Shown here: piece after piece, positions 55,036 to 64,000 of the stretch
Numbering within the stretch: the first letter of the stretch is position 1
Layout of the letters: the number at the start of each line of letters is the position of its first letter
NCBI GenBank assembly: GCA_965204755.1
Contig: OZ242011.1
Span: forward strand, 2,784,001-2,848,000
Source: Candidatus Marinacidobacterium sp.
GTDB taxonomy: Bacteria > Acidobacteriota > Vicinamibacteria > Marinacidobacterales > Marinacidobacteraceae
Length of the DNA: 64,000 bases
Reading direction: 5' to 3'
Made by a program: the position numbers and the translations under genes
Notes under the pieces: generated by a model
What the model was told of the DNA's origin: nothing
The model's input: the letters and a program-made list of their open reading frames with translations, nothing else
Databases searched by the model: none

Positions 55036-56051
55036 TCGGCGGCGAAGCGCCCGCGGCGGCGCGGGCGGCGGTCCTCGGCCCGCCGGGGGAAACCGTCCCG
55101 CTCGGCCCGGTGCTCGAAGGCCTCGACCTGCCGCCGGGGCCGCTCGCGGCGGTCACCGTCGGCTGGCGGGAAGAGGAGTCGGCCACCGCGCCGCTCGAAC
55201 GCGAGGCGGAGCGCCTCGGGCGCGAGTTGACGCCGCTCGGACTGGGCGAGCGCGCCCGCCGCGTCTTCGAACGCGACCCCGAACTCGCGGAGGCGCACCG
55301 GAAACTGCAGGACGGGCTGCGCGCCGAAGAGAGCCTCTACCGGGAGCGGATGAAGCAGGAGATCGCGATGACCCACGCCCTCGCCCGGATCGCCGTCCCG
55401 GAGGAGCGCCGCCGGCCCTATCTGGAAGCGGCCTGGCAGGGCATCCTCGAGGCCGACCGGTTCCACCTGGCGGGGCAGGCCGCGCAGCGGGCCGAGTTCC
55501 GGGCGGCCCTCTCGCCGGAGGAGCGTCCGTCGGTGCGGGCGGAGACCGGGGAACTGGCGGCCCTGTTGGCCGGCTGCGCCGCCGCGCTGGTCGCCGGCGG
55601 CCATGTGGCGGTGATCCGGAACCGCCTCTCGCTGTTCGGCTTGGCCCCGCGCCTGGCGCGGTTGCCGCTGGTGGCCTGGTCCGCTGGGGCGATGGCCCTG
55701 AGCCCGAAGGTCGTCCTCTTCCACGACCGGCTCCCCTTCGGCTCCCGCCAGCCGGAGGTCCACGGCGAGGGCGCCGGCGTCCTGCCCGGGGCGGTCTTCT
55801 TCCCGGACGCCCGCCACCGCCTCGACACGGAAGACCCCGAGCACCTGGCGGAACTCGCCCGCCGGGTCGCCCCCGACCGCGGCGTGCTGCTCGACGCCGG
55901 GGAGTCGCTCACCCTGGCCGACGGGACCTGGTCGTCCCCGGGAGGGATCCGGCTCCTCTCCCCGGAGGGCGAAGTGGAAACCGTCGGTTCGTTCGCGGCG
56001 CGGCCGGGCGATTTCACCGGTGCGGCGGCGGGGGCCGGGGGCGCGGCATGA
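55029..56051 (+). CDS. Class I glutamine amidotransferase-like / peptidase S51-like protein
   Basis: VAGGHV, WSAGAM and VVLFHD; start uncertain. Confidence 0.6.
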   Translation: MVVGGEAPAAARAAVLGPPGETVPLGPVLEGLDLPPGPLAAVTVGWREEESATAPLEREAERLGRELTPLGLGERARRVFERDPELAEAHRKLQDGLRAEESLYRERMKQEIAMTHALARIAVPEERRRPYLEAAWQGILEADRFHLAGQAAQRAEFRAALSPEERPSVRAETGELAALLAGCAAALVAGGHVAVIRNRLSLFGLAPRLARLPLVAWSAGAMALSPKVVLFHDRLPFGSRQPEVHGEGAGVLPGAVFFPDARHRLDTEDPEHLAELARRVAPDRGVLLDAGESLTLADGTWSSPGGIRLLSPEGEVETVGSFAARPGDFTGAAAGAGGAA

Positions 56052-57193
56052 GCGTTTCCCTGCCGGGCCTCGCCATCTCCGACCTCCTGCTCCACGGGCC
56101 GCAGCCGGAGGAAGTGGACCGCTTCCTCGAAGCCCACGAGTTCCCGATCCGCGAAGGGCTCCACACCACCTTCGTGTACCGCGGCGAGGCGGACTCGGTG
56201 CTGCTCGGCCACTGGCTGTTCGGCATCGCCTCGTCCCGCGAGATGGAGCGCGCCCCGGGCACCGACCTCTGGTACCTGACCATCGACCTGCCGGCGGACT
56301 CGCGGGTGGAGTACCGGTTCCAGCGCGTGCGCCGGACCGAGGCGGAGTGGATCCTCGATCCGCTGAACCCGCACTCGGTGCGCGGCCCCTTCGGCCGCCA
56401 GTCGGTCTGCGACGCCCGCGGCTACATCCGCCCGGAGTGGACCGAGCGGGATCCGGCGGCGGCCCCCGGCGCGACCGCTCCGTTCCGCGTCCGGAGCCGC
56501 GCCTTCGGCGACCGGAACCTCACGCTGTACCGGCCGGCCGGGTTCCGCGCCGACCGCCGCTACCCGCTCGCCCTCGTGCTCGACGGCCCCGACTACCTGC
56601 GGTTCACCGACTTCCGGCTGATCCTCGACAACCTGATCCACCGGCACGAGATCCCGCCGCTGGTCGCCGCGTTCGCGCAGCCGGAGAAACGGATCCGCGA
56701 GTTCACCGACAACCCGGCGCACGCCGCCTTCTTGGTGGAGGAAGTCCTTCCCCAACTCGAGGGCGCCTTCCGGCCGGCCTCCGGCGCGGACGACCGACTC
56801 CTTGTCGGCGCCGGCCTCGGGGCGGTGGCGGCGCTCACCGCGGCCGCCCGCTATCCGCAGGTCTTCGGCAAACTGCTGCTGCAGTCCGGTTCGTTCGCGT
56901 TCACCGATGTGGGGCCGACCAGCCGGACGGCGCTGCTCGACCCGGTGGTGGAGTTCGTGAACGCGTACCGGGAGGAACCCCGCCGGGTGGCGAGCCGGGT
57001 CTTCGTGAGTTGCGGGCTCTACGAGCCGCTCATCTACGAGAACCGGGCCTTGGTTCCGCTGCTGCGGCGGAGCGGCATGGAAGTGCGGTATGTCGAAACC
57101 CCGGACGGGCACAACTGGGAGAACTGGCGGGACCGGTTGCGCGAGGGGCTCTCCTACCTGCTGCCCGACCCGACTTGGCTCTACTACCGGTGA
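56048..57193 (+). CDS. Enterochelin esterase-like alpha/beta hydrolase
   Basis: RVEY.F..DPLNP, YPL..VLDG.DY and DGHNWENW. Confidence 0.8.
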   Translation: MSVSLPGLAISDLLLHGPQPEEVDRFLEAHEFPIREGLHTTFVYRGEADSVLLGHWLFGIASSREMERAPGTDLWYLTIDLPADSRVEYRFQRVRRTEAEWILDPLNPHSVRGPFGRQSVCDARGYIRPEWTERDPAAAPGATAPFRVRSRAFGDRNLTLYRPAGFRADRRYPLALVLDGPDYLRFTDFRLILDNLIHRHEIPPLVAAFAQPEKRIREFTDNPAHAAFLVEEVLPQLEGAFRPASGADDRLLVGAGLGAVAALTAAARYPQVFGKLLLQSGSFAFTDVGPTSRTALLDPVVEFVNAYREEPRRVASRVFVSCGLYEPLIYENRALVPLLRRSGMEVRYVETPDGHNWENWRDRLREGLSYLLPDPTWLYYR

Positions 57194-57201
57194 GGGGGCC
57201 G

Positions 57202-58467
57202 ATGTCCCGCCCGGTGACCGCCCGCCGCCCGTCGCCGTTCGACCGGGGGGTTTCGCGCCGGGGCACCGGTTCGGTGAAGTGGGACTACGAGGAGCGCGAG
57301 TTCGGCCGCGCGTCCTCGCTGGTTCCGGCAGGGGATCCGGAGGTGATCCCGATGTGGGTGGCGGACATGGACTTCCCGGCGCCGGAGTGCGTCCCCGAGG
57401 CGATCCGCCGCCGCGCCGGGCATCCGCTGTTCGGCTACACCGCGCCGCCTCCGGGTTTCGCCGAGGCCTTCCGCGAGTGGGCGGCCGCGCGGCACGGCTA
57501 CCGCCCCCGCCCGGAGTGGGTGGTGGCCACCGAGGGCATCGTCCCCGACCTCCAGACCCTGGTCCGGGCGTTCCTGCGGCCCGGCGACGGCGTGATCGTC
57601 CACCGGCCGGTCTATACGCCGTTCTTCGGCGCCATCCGGAACGCCGGCGCCCGCGTCGTCCCCTGTCGGCTGCTGACCGCGGAGTCGCCGGTGTCCGTCG
57701 GGATCCGGGAGAACCCCTACCGGCTGGACTTCGACCGGTTCGACGCACTCGCTTCGGAGCGGCGGAACCGCATGACTTTCCTCTGCCACCCGCACAACCC
57801 GGTCGGCCGGCTTTGGAGCGGGGAGGAACTCGCGGTGTTCGCCCGGATCGCCCGCGACCGCGGGCTGGTCGTGGTGAGCGACGAGATCCACGCCGACCTG
57901 ACGCTCGACGGCCGGCGGTTTCGTTCCTTGCTGTCGATTCCCGACGCGGATCCGGCGCGAACGGTGGTTTGCGCGGCGCCGAGCAAGACCTTCAACCTCG
58001 CCGGCCTCAAGTCGTCGCTGTTGGTGATCCCCGACGAGACCCTCCGCGAACGGTTCCGGCGGGAGCGCGACCGCGCCGGCGCCTACGGCGTGAATCCGCT
58101 CAGCGCGGCCGCCGCCGAGGCCGCCTGGCGGGGCGGCGGGGAATGGCTGGACCGGGTGCGCGCCTACCTTTCGGGAAACGCCGCCGCGCTTCGGGGTTTC
58201 CTCGCCGCGCGTCCGGGTTTGGGCGTGGCCGCCGTCCCGCTCGAAGCGACCTACCTGGCCTGGCTCGACTTCCGGGCGTCGGGGCTGTCGGCGGAGGACC
58301 TCGATTCCCTCGGGGATTGGCTGGTGGAGAAACCCCGGCTGCGGCTCAAGGAGGGGTCGGTCTTCGGCCCCGAAGGGCGGGGGTTCGCCCGCATGAACCT
58401 CGCCTGCCCGGCGCCGCTTCTGGAAGAAGCGCTCCGCCGCCTCGCCGCCGCCTTGCCGGGCGGCTGA
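57202..58467 (+). CDS. MalY/PatB PLP-dependent C-S lyase
   Basis: SVKWD, PMWVADMDF, PHNPVGR, SDEIHAD and APSKTFN. Confidence 0.92.
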   Translation: MSRPVTARRPSPFDRGVSRRGTGSVKWDYEEREFGRASSLVPAGDPEVIPMWVADMDFPAPECVPEAIRRRAGHPLFGYTAPPPGFAEAFREWAAARHGYRPRPEWVVATEGIVPDLQTLVRAFLRPGDGVIVHRPVYTPFFGAIRNAGARVVPCRLLTAESPVSVGIRENPYRLDFDRFDALASERRNRMTFLCHPHNPVGRLWSGEELAVFARIARDRGLVVVSDEIHADLTLDGRRFRSLLSIPDADPARTVVCAAPSKTFNLAGLKSSLLVIPDETLRERFRRERDRAGAYGVNPLSAAAAEAAWRGGGEWLDRVRAYLSGNAAALRGFLAARPGLGVAAVPLEATYLAWLDFRASGLSAEDLDSLGDWLVEKPRLRLKEGSVFGPEGRGFARMNLACPAPLLEEALRRLAAALPGG

Positions 58468-58504
58468 CGACGCCCGCGCCCGCGGCTCGCGCCGGGCGGG
58501 CCGG

Positions 58505-59020
58505 TTACGGGGATTCGTTCAACCAGCGGACGAGCGCCTTCTCCGGGTCGGCGATTTCCTCGACCGAGGCGTACCAGGAGTCCCGCCAACCGGTTTCCGG
58601 GAGCCCGGCGAACACCATCAGGTTGAGCGGGTATTCCTCGCTGTCGGTGGAGCGGCGGAAGTCGTCCCGGAACAGGAACACCGGTTTCCCCCAGGCGATG
58701 GCCATACCCAACTCGACCATGACCCCTTCGTCCGGCGGGCAGCCGTTCACCACGGCGAAGAGTCCGTCGGCGTTCTTCACATCCGCGAAATCCGCCTGCG
58801 CGATCCGGTGCGCCCAGCCGGCGGCCGCGCGGTCGATCTGGTTGTTCCGGGTGAACGGTTCCCAAACCTCGGCGCCGACCCCTTCGAGCGCCCGGACCAG
58901 TTCCGCGAGCGGCCCTTCGCGGAGATGCGCGGAGAAGCCGTAGGCGTTCGCCAGGTAGAGGACTTTCTTCCGCCCGGGCGACCCGGCTTCGTCCGCGCCC
59001 GCCGGGCGCCTTTCCGTCAG
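58505..59020 (-). CDS. Nucleoside 2-deoxyribosyltransferase family protein
   Basis: LYLAN.YGFS and DEGVMVELGMA; probable CTG start after AGGAGG. Confidence 0.8.
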   Translation of the reverse strand: MTERRPAGADEAGSPGRKKVLYLANAYGFSAHLREGPLAELVRALEGVGAEVWEPFTRNNQIDRAAAGWAHRIAQADFADVKNADGLFAVVNGCPPDEGVMVELGMAIAWGKPVFLFRDDFRRSTDSEEYPLNLMVFAGLPETGWRDSWYASVEEIADPEKALVRWLNESP

Positions 59021-59032
59021 CGCGCCTCCTGA

Positions 59033-59253
59033 CAGCCCGTGGAAAAAGCGCCCCGCCCGCCGCCCCTCGACCGTAGGACGCAAGATCCCCGTCGCGTTTC
59101 CTGGCGGGGCGCTCTTTCCACGGGTCGGCGGCGCGAATCGCTATGCGATTCCCTCCGCCATCTATCGCGGGGAGGGGGCCACCCCCTCCCCGCACCCCTC
59201 CCCGGTCGGCGCTTCGCGCCGACAGGCCCTCCCCGGACCTTCTCCACAGGCTG
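59033..59253. mobile_element. 221-bp MITE-like element, copy B
   Basis: TIRs CAGCCCGTGGAAAAAG/CCTTCTCCACAGGCTG. Confidence 0.75.
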
Positions 59254-62200
59254 CTAACGGGTTTCCCGCGTCGCCGGGTCGAGGAAGTCGTTCCAGGCGA
59301 TGGCGCGCAGCGAACCCTTGGGGTGTTTCGCCAGCGCGGTGACCACCTGGCGCGCGAGGCGCGGGTCGGTGATCAGCGGGACCCCCCGGTCCACCGCGCG
59401 CCGCCGCACCCGGTAGCCGTCCGGACGCCCTTCCGGATCGAACCGCACCGGCACATTCACCACCAGGTCCACCCGTCCTTCGTCGATCAGGTCGAGCGCG
59501 CTCGGCGGGCCGCTTTCGAATCCTTCCCCGAGCGGCCGGTGCGCGACCGAGTGGACGCGGACGACTTCGGTGTTCGGGACGCCGTGCCGGTCGAGGATTT
59601 CGCTGGTGCCCGGCGTGGCGTAGATCCGGAGGCCGAGGTCCTTCACGATGCTCCGGGCGGCGTCCACGAACGCCTCCTTCCACCGGGGCGGGCCGAGCGA
59701 GAGCAGCACGCCGCGCCTCGGCCGGCGGAACCCGGTGGCGAACATGCCGTGCAGCAGCGCTTCGTGGAAGGAATCGCTCACGCACCCCACTTCGCCGGTG
59801 CTCGCCATCTCCACTCCGAGTATCGGGTCGGCGCCGCCGAGCCGGGAAAAGGAGAACTGCGGCACCTTGACGCCGACATGTTCGAAGTCGTAGTGGAGGC
59901 GGTGGGCCACTCCCGGATCTTCGCCGAGCATGATGCGGGTCGCCGCCCGCGCGTAGTTGCGTCCGGTGACCTTGGAGACGAACGGAAGGCTCCTCGACGC
60001 CCGGAGGTTGCACTCGATCACCTTGACCACGCCGTCCCGATACAGCATCTGGATGTTGCAGGGGCCGGTGATCCGCAGTTTCCGCGCGATCTCCTGCGCG
60101 GTCCGGCGCGCCTTCCCGAAGATGCGGAACGGCATGTCTTCCGGCGGCAGCACGAGCGTCGCGTCGCCGCTATGCACGCCGGCGTCTTCCACATGTTCGC
60201 TGAGCGCCCAGAGGACGACCTCGCCCCGGTTCGCCACCAGGTCGATTTCGATTTCCCGCGCGCCTTCCTCGAACCGGGAGATGACCACCGGATAGTCGGA
60301 CGAGATCGCCTTCGCCCGCTTCAGGATTCGCGCCAACTCGTTCGGCTCGTGCGCGACGGACATCGCCGTGCCGCTGAGCACATAACTGGGCCGGACGATG
60401 ACCGGGTAGCCGCCGAGCGTTTCCACGATCCGTTCGGCGTCGCCTTCGTCGGTCACCTGCGTCCACTTCGGCTGGTCCACCCCGATCTCTTCGAGCAGCG
60501 CGCTGAACCGGTGCCGGTCTTCCGCGCGGTCGATGTCTTCCGCCGCGGTGCCGAGTATGGGTATGCCGGCTTCGTGGAGGCGCATGGCGATGCGGTTCGG
60601 GATCTGTCCGCCCATGCTCACCACCACGCCGTCCGGGTTCTCCCGCTCGCACAGGTCGAGGACGGACTCGACGCTGATCTCGTCGAAGACCAGCCGGTCG
60701 CAGATGTCGTAGTCCGTGCTGACCGTTTCCGGGTTGTAGTTGAGCATCAGCGTTTCGCAGCCGAGTTCCTTGGCGGCCTCGACGGCGTTCACGCAGCACC
60801 AGTCGAACTCCACCGAGGAGCCGATGCGATAGACGCCGGACCCGATCACCAGGATGCGCCGGCGCCGTCCGGCGGGCGCGGCCGCCGGATCTTCGATGCG
60901 CCCTTCCTCGAGCGCGAGCCGGCGCCGCCGCCGGGAGGCCGCCTCGATCTCCTCGTCCTCGGCGGCGTGGTAGGTCGTGTAGAGGTAGTTGGTCTGCGCG
61001 GGGAACTCGGCGGCCAGCGTGTCGATCCGGGCGACCTTGGGGCGGATGCCGAACGCCGCCCGCTCCCGGTGCGTGGCGCCCCGTTTCCTCGCGGTGAGCG
61101 CGTCGAGCGCCTCGTCGGAGAAACCGAGTTTCTTGGCGTCCGCCAGGGCGGCGCGCGAGAACCGGAACGGCCTGGCGCGCCCGGCGTGTTCGATCTCCCG
61201 CTCCGCCTCGACGATCCGGGCGACCCCGTTCAGGAACCAGCGGTCGATCCGGGTGAGCGCGTGGGCCTTCTCGATCGCCGGTTCGAGGCTCCCGGAGTCC
61301 AATGCCCTCCGGAGGAAGCGGGCGAGGGCGAACACCCGCCGGGGGGTGGCGTTCGCGAGTTCGTCTTCGAGATCATCGAACGAGAACGCGCTCGAATCGA
61401 GCCCGCTGACGCCCACATCGAGCATCCGCAGCGCCTTTTGCAGGACCTCCGGGAAAGTGCGCCCGATGGCCATCACCTCCCCGACGCTCTTCATCTCGCT
61501 GCCGATCCGGTTGCCGGCGTCCTGGAACTTCGCCAGGTCCCAGCGCGGCGCCTTCAGCGTGAGGTAGTCGAGCGCCGGCTCGAAGAACGCGGTGGTTACG
61601 CCGGTGATGTTGTTCTTGAGTTCCGGAAGCGTGAATCCCAGACTGAGTTTCGCCGCGACATAGGCGAGCGGGTAGCCGGTGGCCTTGCTCGCGAGCGCGG
61701 AGGAGCGGGACAGCCGGGCGTTCACCTCGATGACCCGGTAGTCGGTCCCGTTCGGGTCGAGCGCGAACTGCACATTGCATTCCCCGACGATGCCCAGGTG
61801 CTGGATCGTGCGGATGGACACCGTGCGCAGCAGTTGGTATTCCTCGTCGTTCAGCGTCTGCGAAGGGGCGACGACGATGGACTCGCCGGTATGGATACCC
61901 ATCGGGTCCATGTTCTCCATGTTGCAGACGGTGATGCAGTTGTTCTCGCGGTCGCGGACGACTTCGTACTCGATCTCCTTCCAGCCGCGCAGCGACTCCT
62001 CGACCAGGAGTTGGCCGCCCACCCGGTCCTGCGCGGAGAAGAAGTCGGTGAGCGCGCGGTCGAGTTGCTCTTCGGTCTCGACGATGGCGCTGCCCCGGCC
62101 GCCGAGCGCGAATCCCGCGCGAAGCATGAGCGGCAGGCCGATCCCTTCCGCCGCCTTCTCCGCTTCGGCGCGGCTCCGGCAGGCGACGCTCCGCGCGGTC

Positions 62201-62607
62201 TTGACGCCGATCTCGGCGAGCCGCGCGTTGAACCTTCCGCGGTCCTCGGTATCCCGGATCGCGCTCAGCGGCGTGCCCAGCACCTGGATATGGAGTTCTC
62301 GGAAGTGGTCTTCGAGTTCGAGTCCGCAGTTGAGCGCGGTCTGCCCCCCGAACGAGAGGAGCACGCCGTCCACGCCCTCGGCGACGGCGGCCTGGCGGAC
62401 GAGGCCGGGCGTCACCGGGTTCAGGTACAGCCGGTCGGCCATGCCTTCGCTGGTCTGGATGGTGGCGATGTTGGGGTTGATGAGGACCGTGCGCACGCCG
62501 GACTCGGAGAGCGCCTTGATCGCCTGGGAGCCGGAATAGTCGAACTCGCCCGCCTGTCCGATCTTGAGCGCGCCGGAGCCGAGCACCAGCACCGAGCGGG
62601 GCCTCAT
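59254..62607 (-). CDS. carB: Carbamoyl-phosphate synthase large subunit
   Basis: GQAGEFDYSG, two ATP-grasp halves, NPETVSTDYD and an MGS domain. Confidence 0.96.
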   Translation of the reverse strand: MRPRSVLVLGSGALKIGQAGEFDYSGSQAIKALSESGVRTVLINPNIATIQTSEGMADRLYLNPVTPGLVRQAAVAEGVDGVLLSFGGQTALNCGLELEDHFRELHIQVLGTPLSAIRDTEDRGRFNARLAEIGVKTARSVACRSRAEAEKAAEGIGLPLMLRAGFALGGRGSAIVETEEQLDRALTDFFSAQDRVGGQLLVEESLRGWKEIEYEVVRDRENNCITVCNMENMDPMGIHTGESIVVAPSQTLNDEEYQLLRTVSIRTIQHLGIVGECNVQFALDPNGTDYRVIEVNARLSRSSALASKATGYPLAYVAAKLSLGFTLPELKNNITGVTTAFFEPALDYLTLKAPRWDLAKFQDAGNRIGSEMKSVGEVMAIGRTFPEVLQKALRMLDVGVSGLDSSAFSFDDLEDELANATPRRVFALARFLRRALDSGSLEPAIEKAHALTRIDRWFLNGVARIVEAEREIEHAGRARPFRFSRAALADAKKLGFSDEALDALTARKRGATHRERAAFGIRPKVARIDTLAAEFPAQTNYLYTTYHAAEDEEIEAASRRRRRLALEEGRIEDPAAAPAGRRRRILVIGSGVYRIGSSVEFDWCCVNAVEAAKELGCETLMLNYNPETVSTDYDICDRLVFDEISVESVLDLCERENPDGVVVSMGGQIPNRIAMRLHEAGIPILGTAAEDIDRAEDRHRFSALLEEIGVDQPKWTQVTDEGDAERIVETLGGYPVIVRPSYVLSGTAMSVAHEPNELARILKRAKAISSDYPVVISRFEEGAREIEIDLVANRGEVVLWALSEHVEDAGVHSGDATLVLPPEDMPFRIFGKARRTAQEIARKLRITGPCNIQMLYRDGVVKVIECNLRASRSLPFVSKVTGRNYARAATRIMLGEDPGVAHRLHYDFEHVGVKVPQFSFSRLGGADPILGVEMASTGEVGCVSDSFHEALLHGMFATGFRRPRRGVLLSLGPPRWKEAFVDAARSIVKDLGLRIYATPGTSEILDRHGVPNTEVVRVHSVAHRPLGEGFESGPPSALDLIDEGRVDLVVNVPVRFDPEGRPDGYRVRRRAVDRGVPLITDPRLARQVVTALAKHPKGSLRAIAWNDFLDPATRETR

Positions 62608-62617
62608 CGAACGCCCC

Positions 62618-63745
62618 TCAGCGTTTGCGGCATTCGGCCACGAACTCGTCGAACAGGTAACCGGTGTCCTGCGGCCCGGGGCTCGCTTCGGGGTGGAACT
62701 GGATGCTGCGGAACGGTTTGTCTTCCGATCGCAGTCCTTCGTTCGTCCCGTCGTTCAGGTTGCGGAACCACGGACTCCAGCCGGCGGGAAGACTGGACTC
62801 GTCCACCGCGTACCCATGGTTCTGGCTGGTGATGAACGACCGGCCGCTGACCAGGTCCCGCACCGGCTGGTTCACGCCCCGGTGTCCGTACGGCAGTTTG
62901 AAGGTGCGGGCGCCGGCGGCGAGCGAGAGCAACTGGTTCCCGAGACAGATCCCGAAGATCGGCCCCTCGAACCACTCCATGACCTTGCGCAGCCGCCGGG
63001 CGAGGTCGGCGAGGTCCTGCGGGTCCCCGGGGCCGTTCCCCACCACGATCCCCGCGGCCTCCCGGGCGGCGTCGCCGAGCGGGCCGAGGCCGGAGACCCG
63101 GTGGACGACCGCGCCGCGCGCGAGCAGCGACCGAACGATGTTGTCCTTGGCGCCCACATCCACGAGCAGCACTTCCGGGCCGTCCTCGCCGTAGCGCACC
63201 GGGGCCGGCGGAACGACCTGCTCGAACACCTCCCGGCTCATCTCCACCGAGTCGGCCCGGCGTCCGGCCCGCTTCGGCCGGAGCCGCTCCGGGGCCAGCA
63301 CGCCGGGCATCGTCCCCGACTCCCGGAGCCGCAGGGTGAGCGCCCGGGTGTCCACGCCTTCGATCCCCGGCACGCCCTCCTCGGCGAGCCAGTCGGAGAG
63401 CGACCGCCGCCCGGCGTGGTGGCTGAAGCCCGGCTCGTGCCGCTGCACCACCAGCCCCTGGACCTGGATGCGCCCGGACTCGAACGGCCCGGCGATGGAG
63501 CCCTCCGGGCGGGGGGGCGGCACGCCGTAGTTGCCCTGGAGCGGGTAGGTGAGGACCAGGATCTGGCCCCGGTAGGAAGGATCGGTCAGGGTCTCCACAT
63601 AGCCGGACATGCCGGTGTTGAACACCACTTCGCCGGCGACCACGCGGTCCCGGGCGCCGAAGGGGGCGCCGAGGAATTCCCCGCCGTCCTCGAGGTCGAG
63701 CCGCATCCGGCTTCGCGCCGGAGACCGCTCCGCTTCCGAACTCAA
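62618..63745 (-). CDS. carA: Carbamoyl-phosphate synthase small subunit
   Basis: GEVVFNTGM, FGICLGNQ, SQNHGYAV and QFHPEA. Confidence 0.96.
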   Translation of the reverse strand: MSSEAERSPARSRMRLDLEDGGEFLGAPFGARDRVVAGEVVFNTGMSGYVETLTDPSYRGQILVLTYPLQGNYGVPPPRPEGSIAGPFESGRIQVQGLVVQRHEPGFSHHAGRRSLSDWLAEEGVPGIEGVDTRALTLRLRESGTMPGVLAPERLRPKRAGRRADSVEMSREVFEQVVPPAPVRYGEDGPEVLLVDVGAKDNIVRSLLARGAVVHRVSGLGPLGDAAREAAGIVVGNGPGDPQDLADLARRLRKVMEWFEGPIFGICLGNQLLSLAAGARTFKLPYGHRGVNQPVRDLVSGRSFITSQNHGYAVDESSLPAGWSPWFRNLNDGTNEGLRSEDKPFRSIQFHPEASPGPQDTGYLFDEFVAECRKR

Positions 63746-64000
63746 ATCGGGCCGGAATTCTATCAGCCCTCCCGCCGGGGGCGCGCATCGAAGCCGGACG
63801 CTTTGCGGTGTCTCCCGCGCGCCCGCCGGCCCCTATAATGGGCGGCGTCCGAGGCCGCGGCCGGCGGCCGCCGGGACGCCTCCTTCTCCAGCCGCTCGGC
63901 GGCGGCGCCTTCCCGATTTCTCCTCCCGGAGTCGAACGCAGTTTGAATCGCACGATCCTCGAATCCGTCCACCGGCGCCGTCCGCCCCGGGCCGGGGCCG

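Noticed and set aside
1-64000. Selenoprotein (UGA read-through) genes suggested by selB
   Set aside because: I found no gene whose homology continues past an in-frame TGA; a SECIS search was not run.

Overview
GC-rich bacterial chromosomal segment. The two orphan duplicated-permease (ADOP/MacB-like) genes plus ankyrin, Fn3 and DUF1640 genes suggest, by inference only, a host-associated (e.g. sponge-type) Acidobacteriota. From left to right: the 3' end of selB; an accessory/defence region (DUF1828, AAA ATPase, a vapBC pair between two copies of an ~805-bp duplication, and a type I R-M locus with inserted genes and a 261-bp tandem repeat); housekeeping genes (radC, Fur family, larC, tatD, polyprenyl synthase, sigma-54 regulator); a lower-GC island of ankyrin, Fn3, lipoprotein and Cys-rich peptide genes, one operon of which has a poly-G promoter spacer; rnpB; M23 peptidase, comEA and a pilin; a probable (hydroxy)proline catabolic cluster with aconitase X and a LarA-family enzyme; two copies of a MITE; and carAB. 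The most striking unexplained feature lies at 39.5-41.5 kb. A MuF-toxin-like (BECR-type) putative RNase gene is followed immediately by five copies of a ~108-nt RNA-like element. The copies show covarying stems, a covarying 5-bp pseudoknot, cUUCGg tetraloops and an individual -10 box on the minus strand. This is a candidate new protein-plus-structured-RNA system (RNA antitoxin-like). All calls are from reading the sequence; no searches were run.
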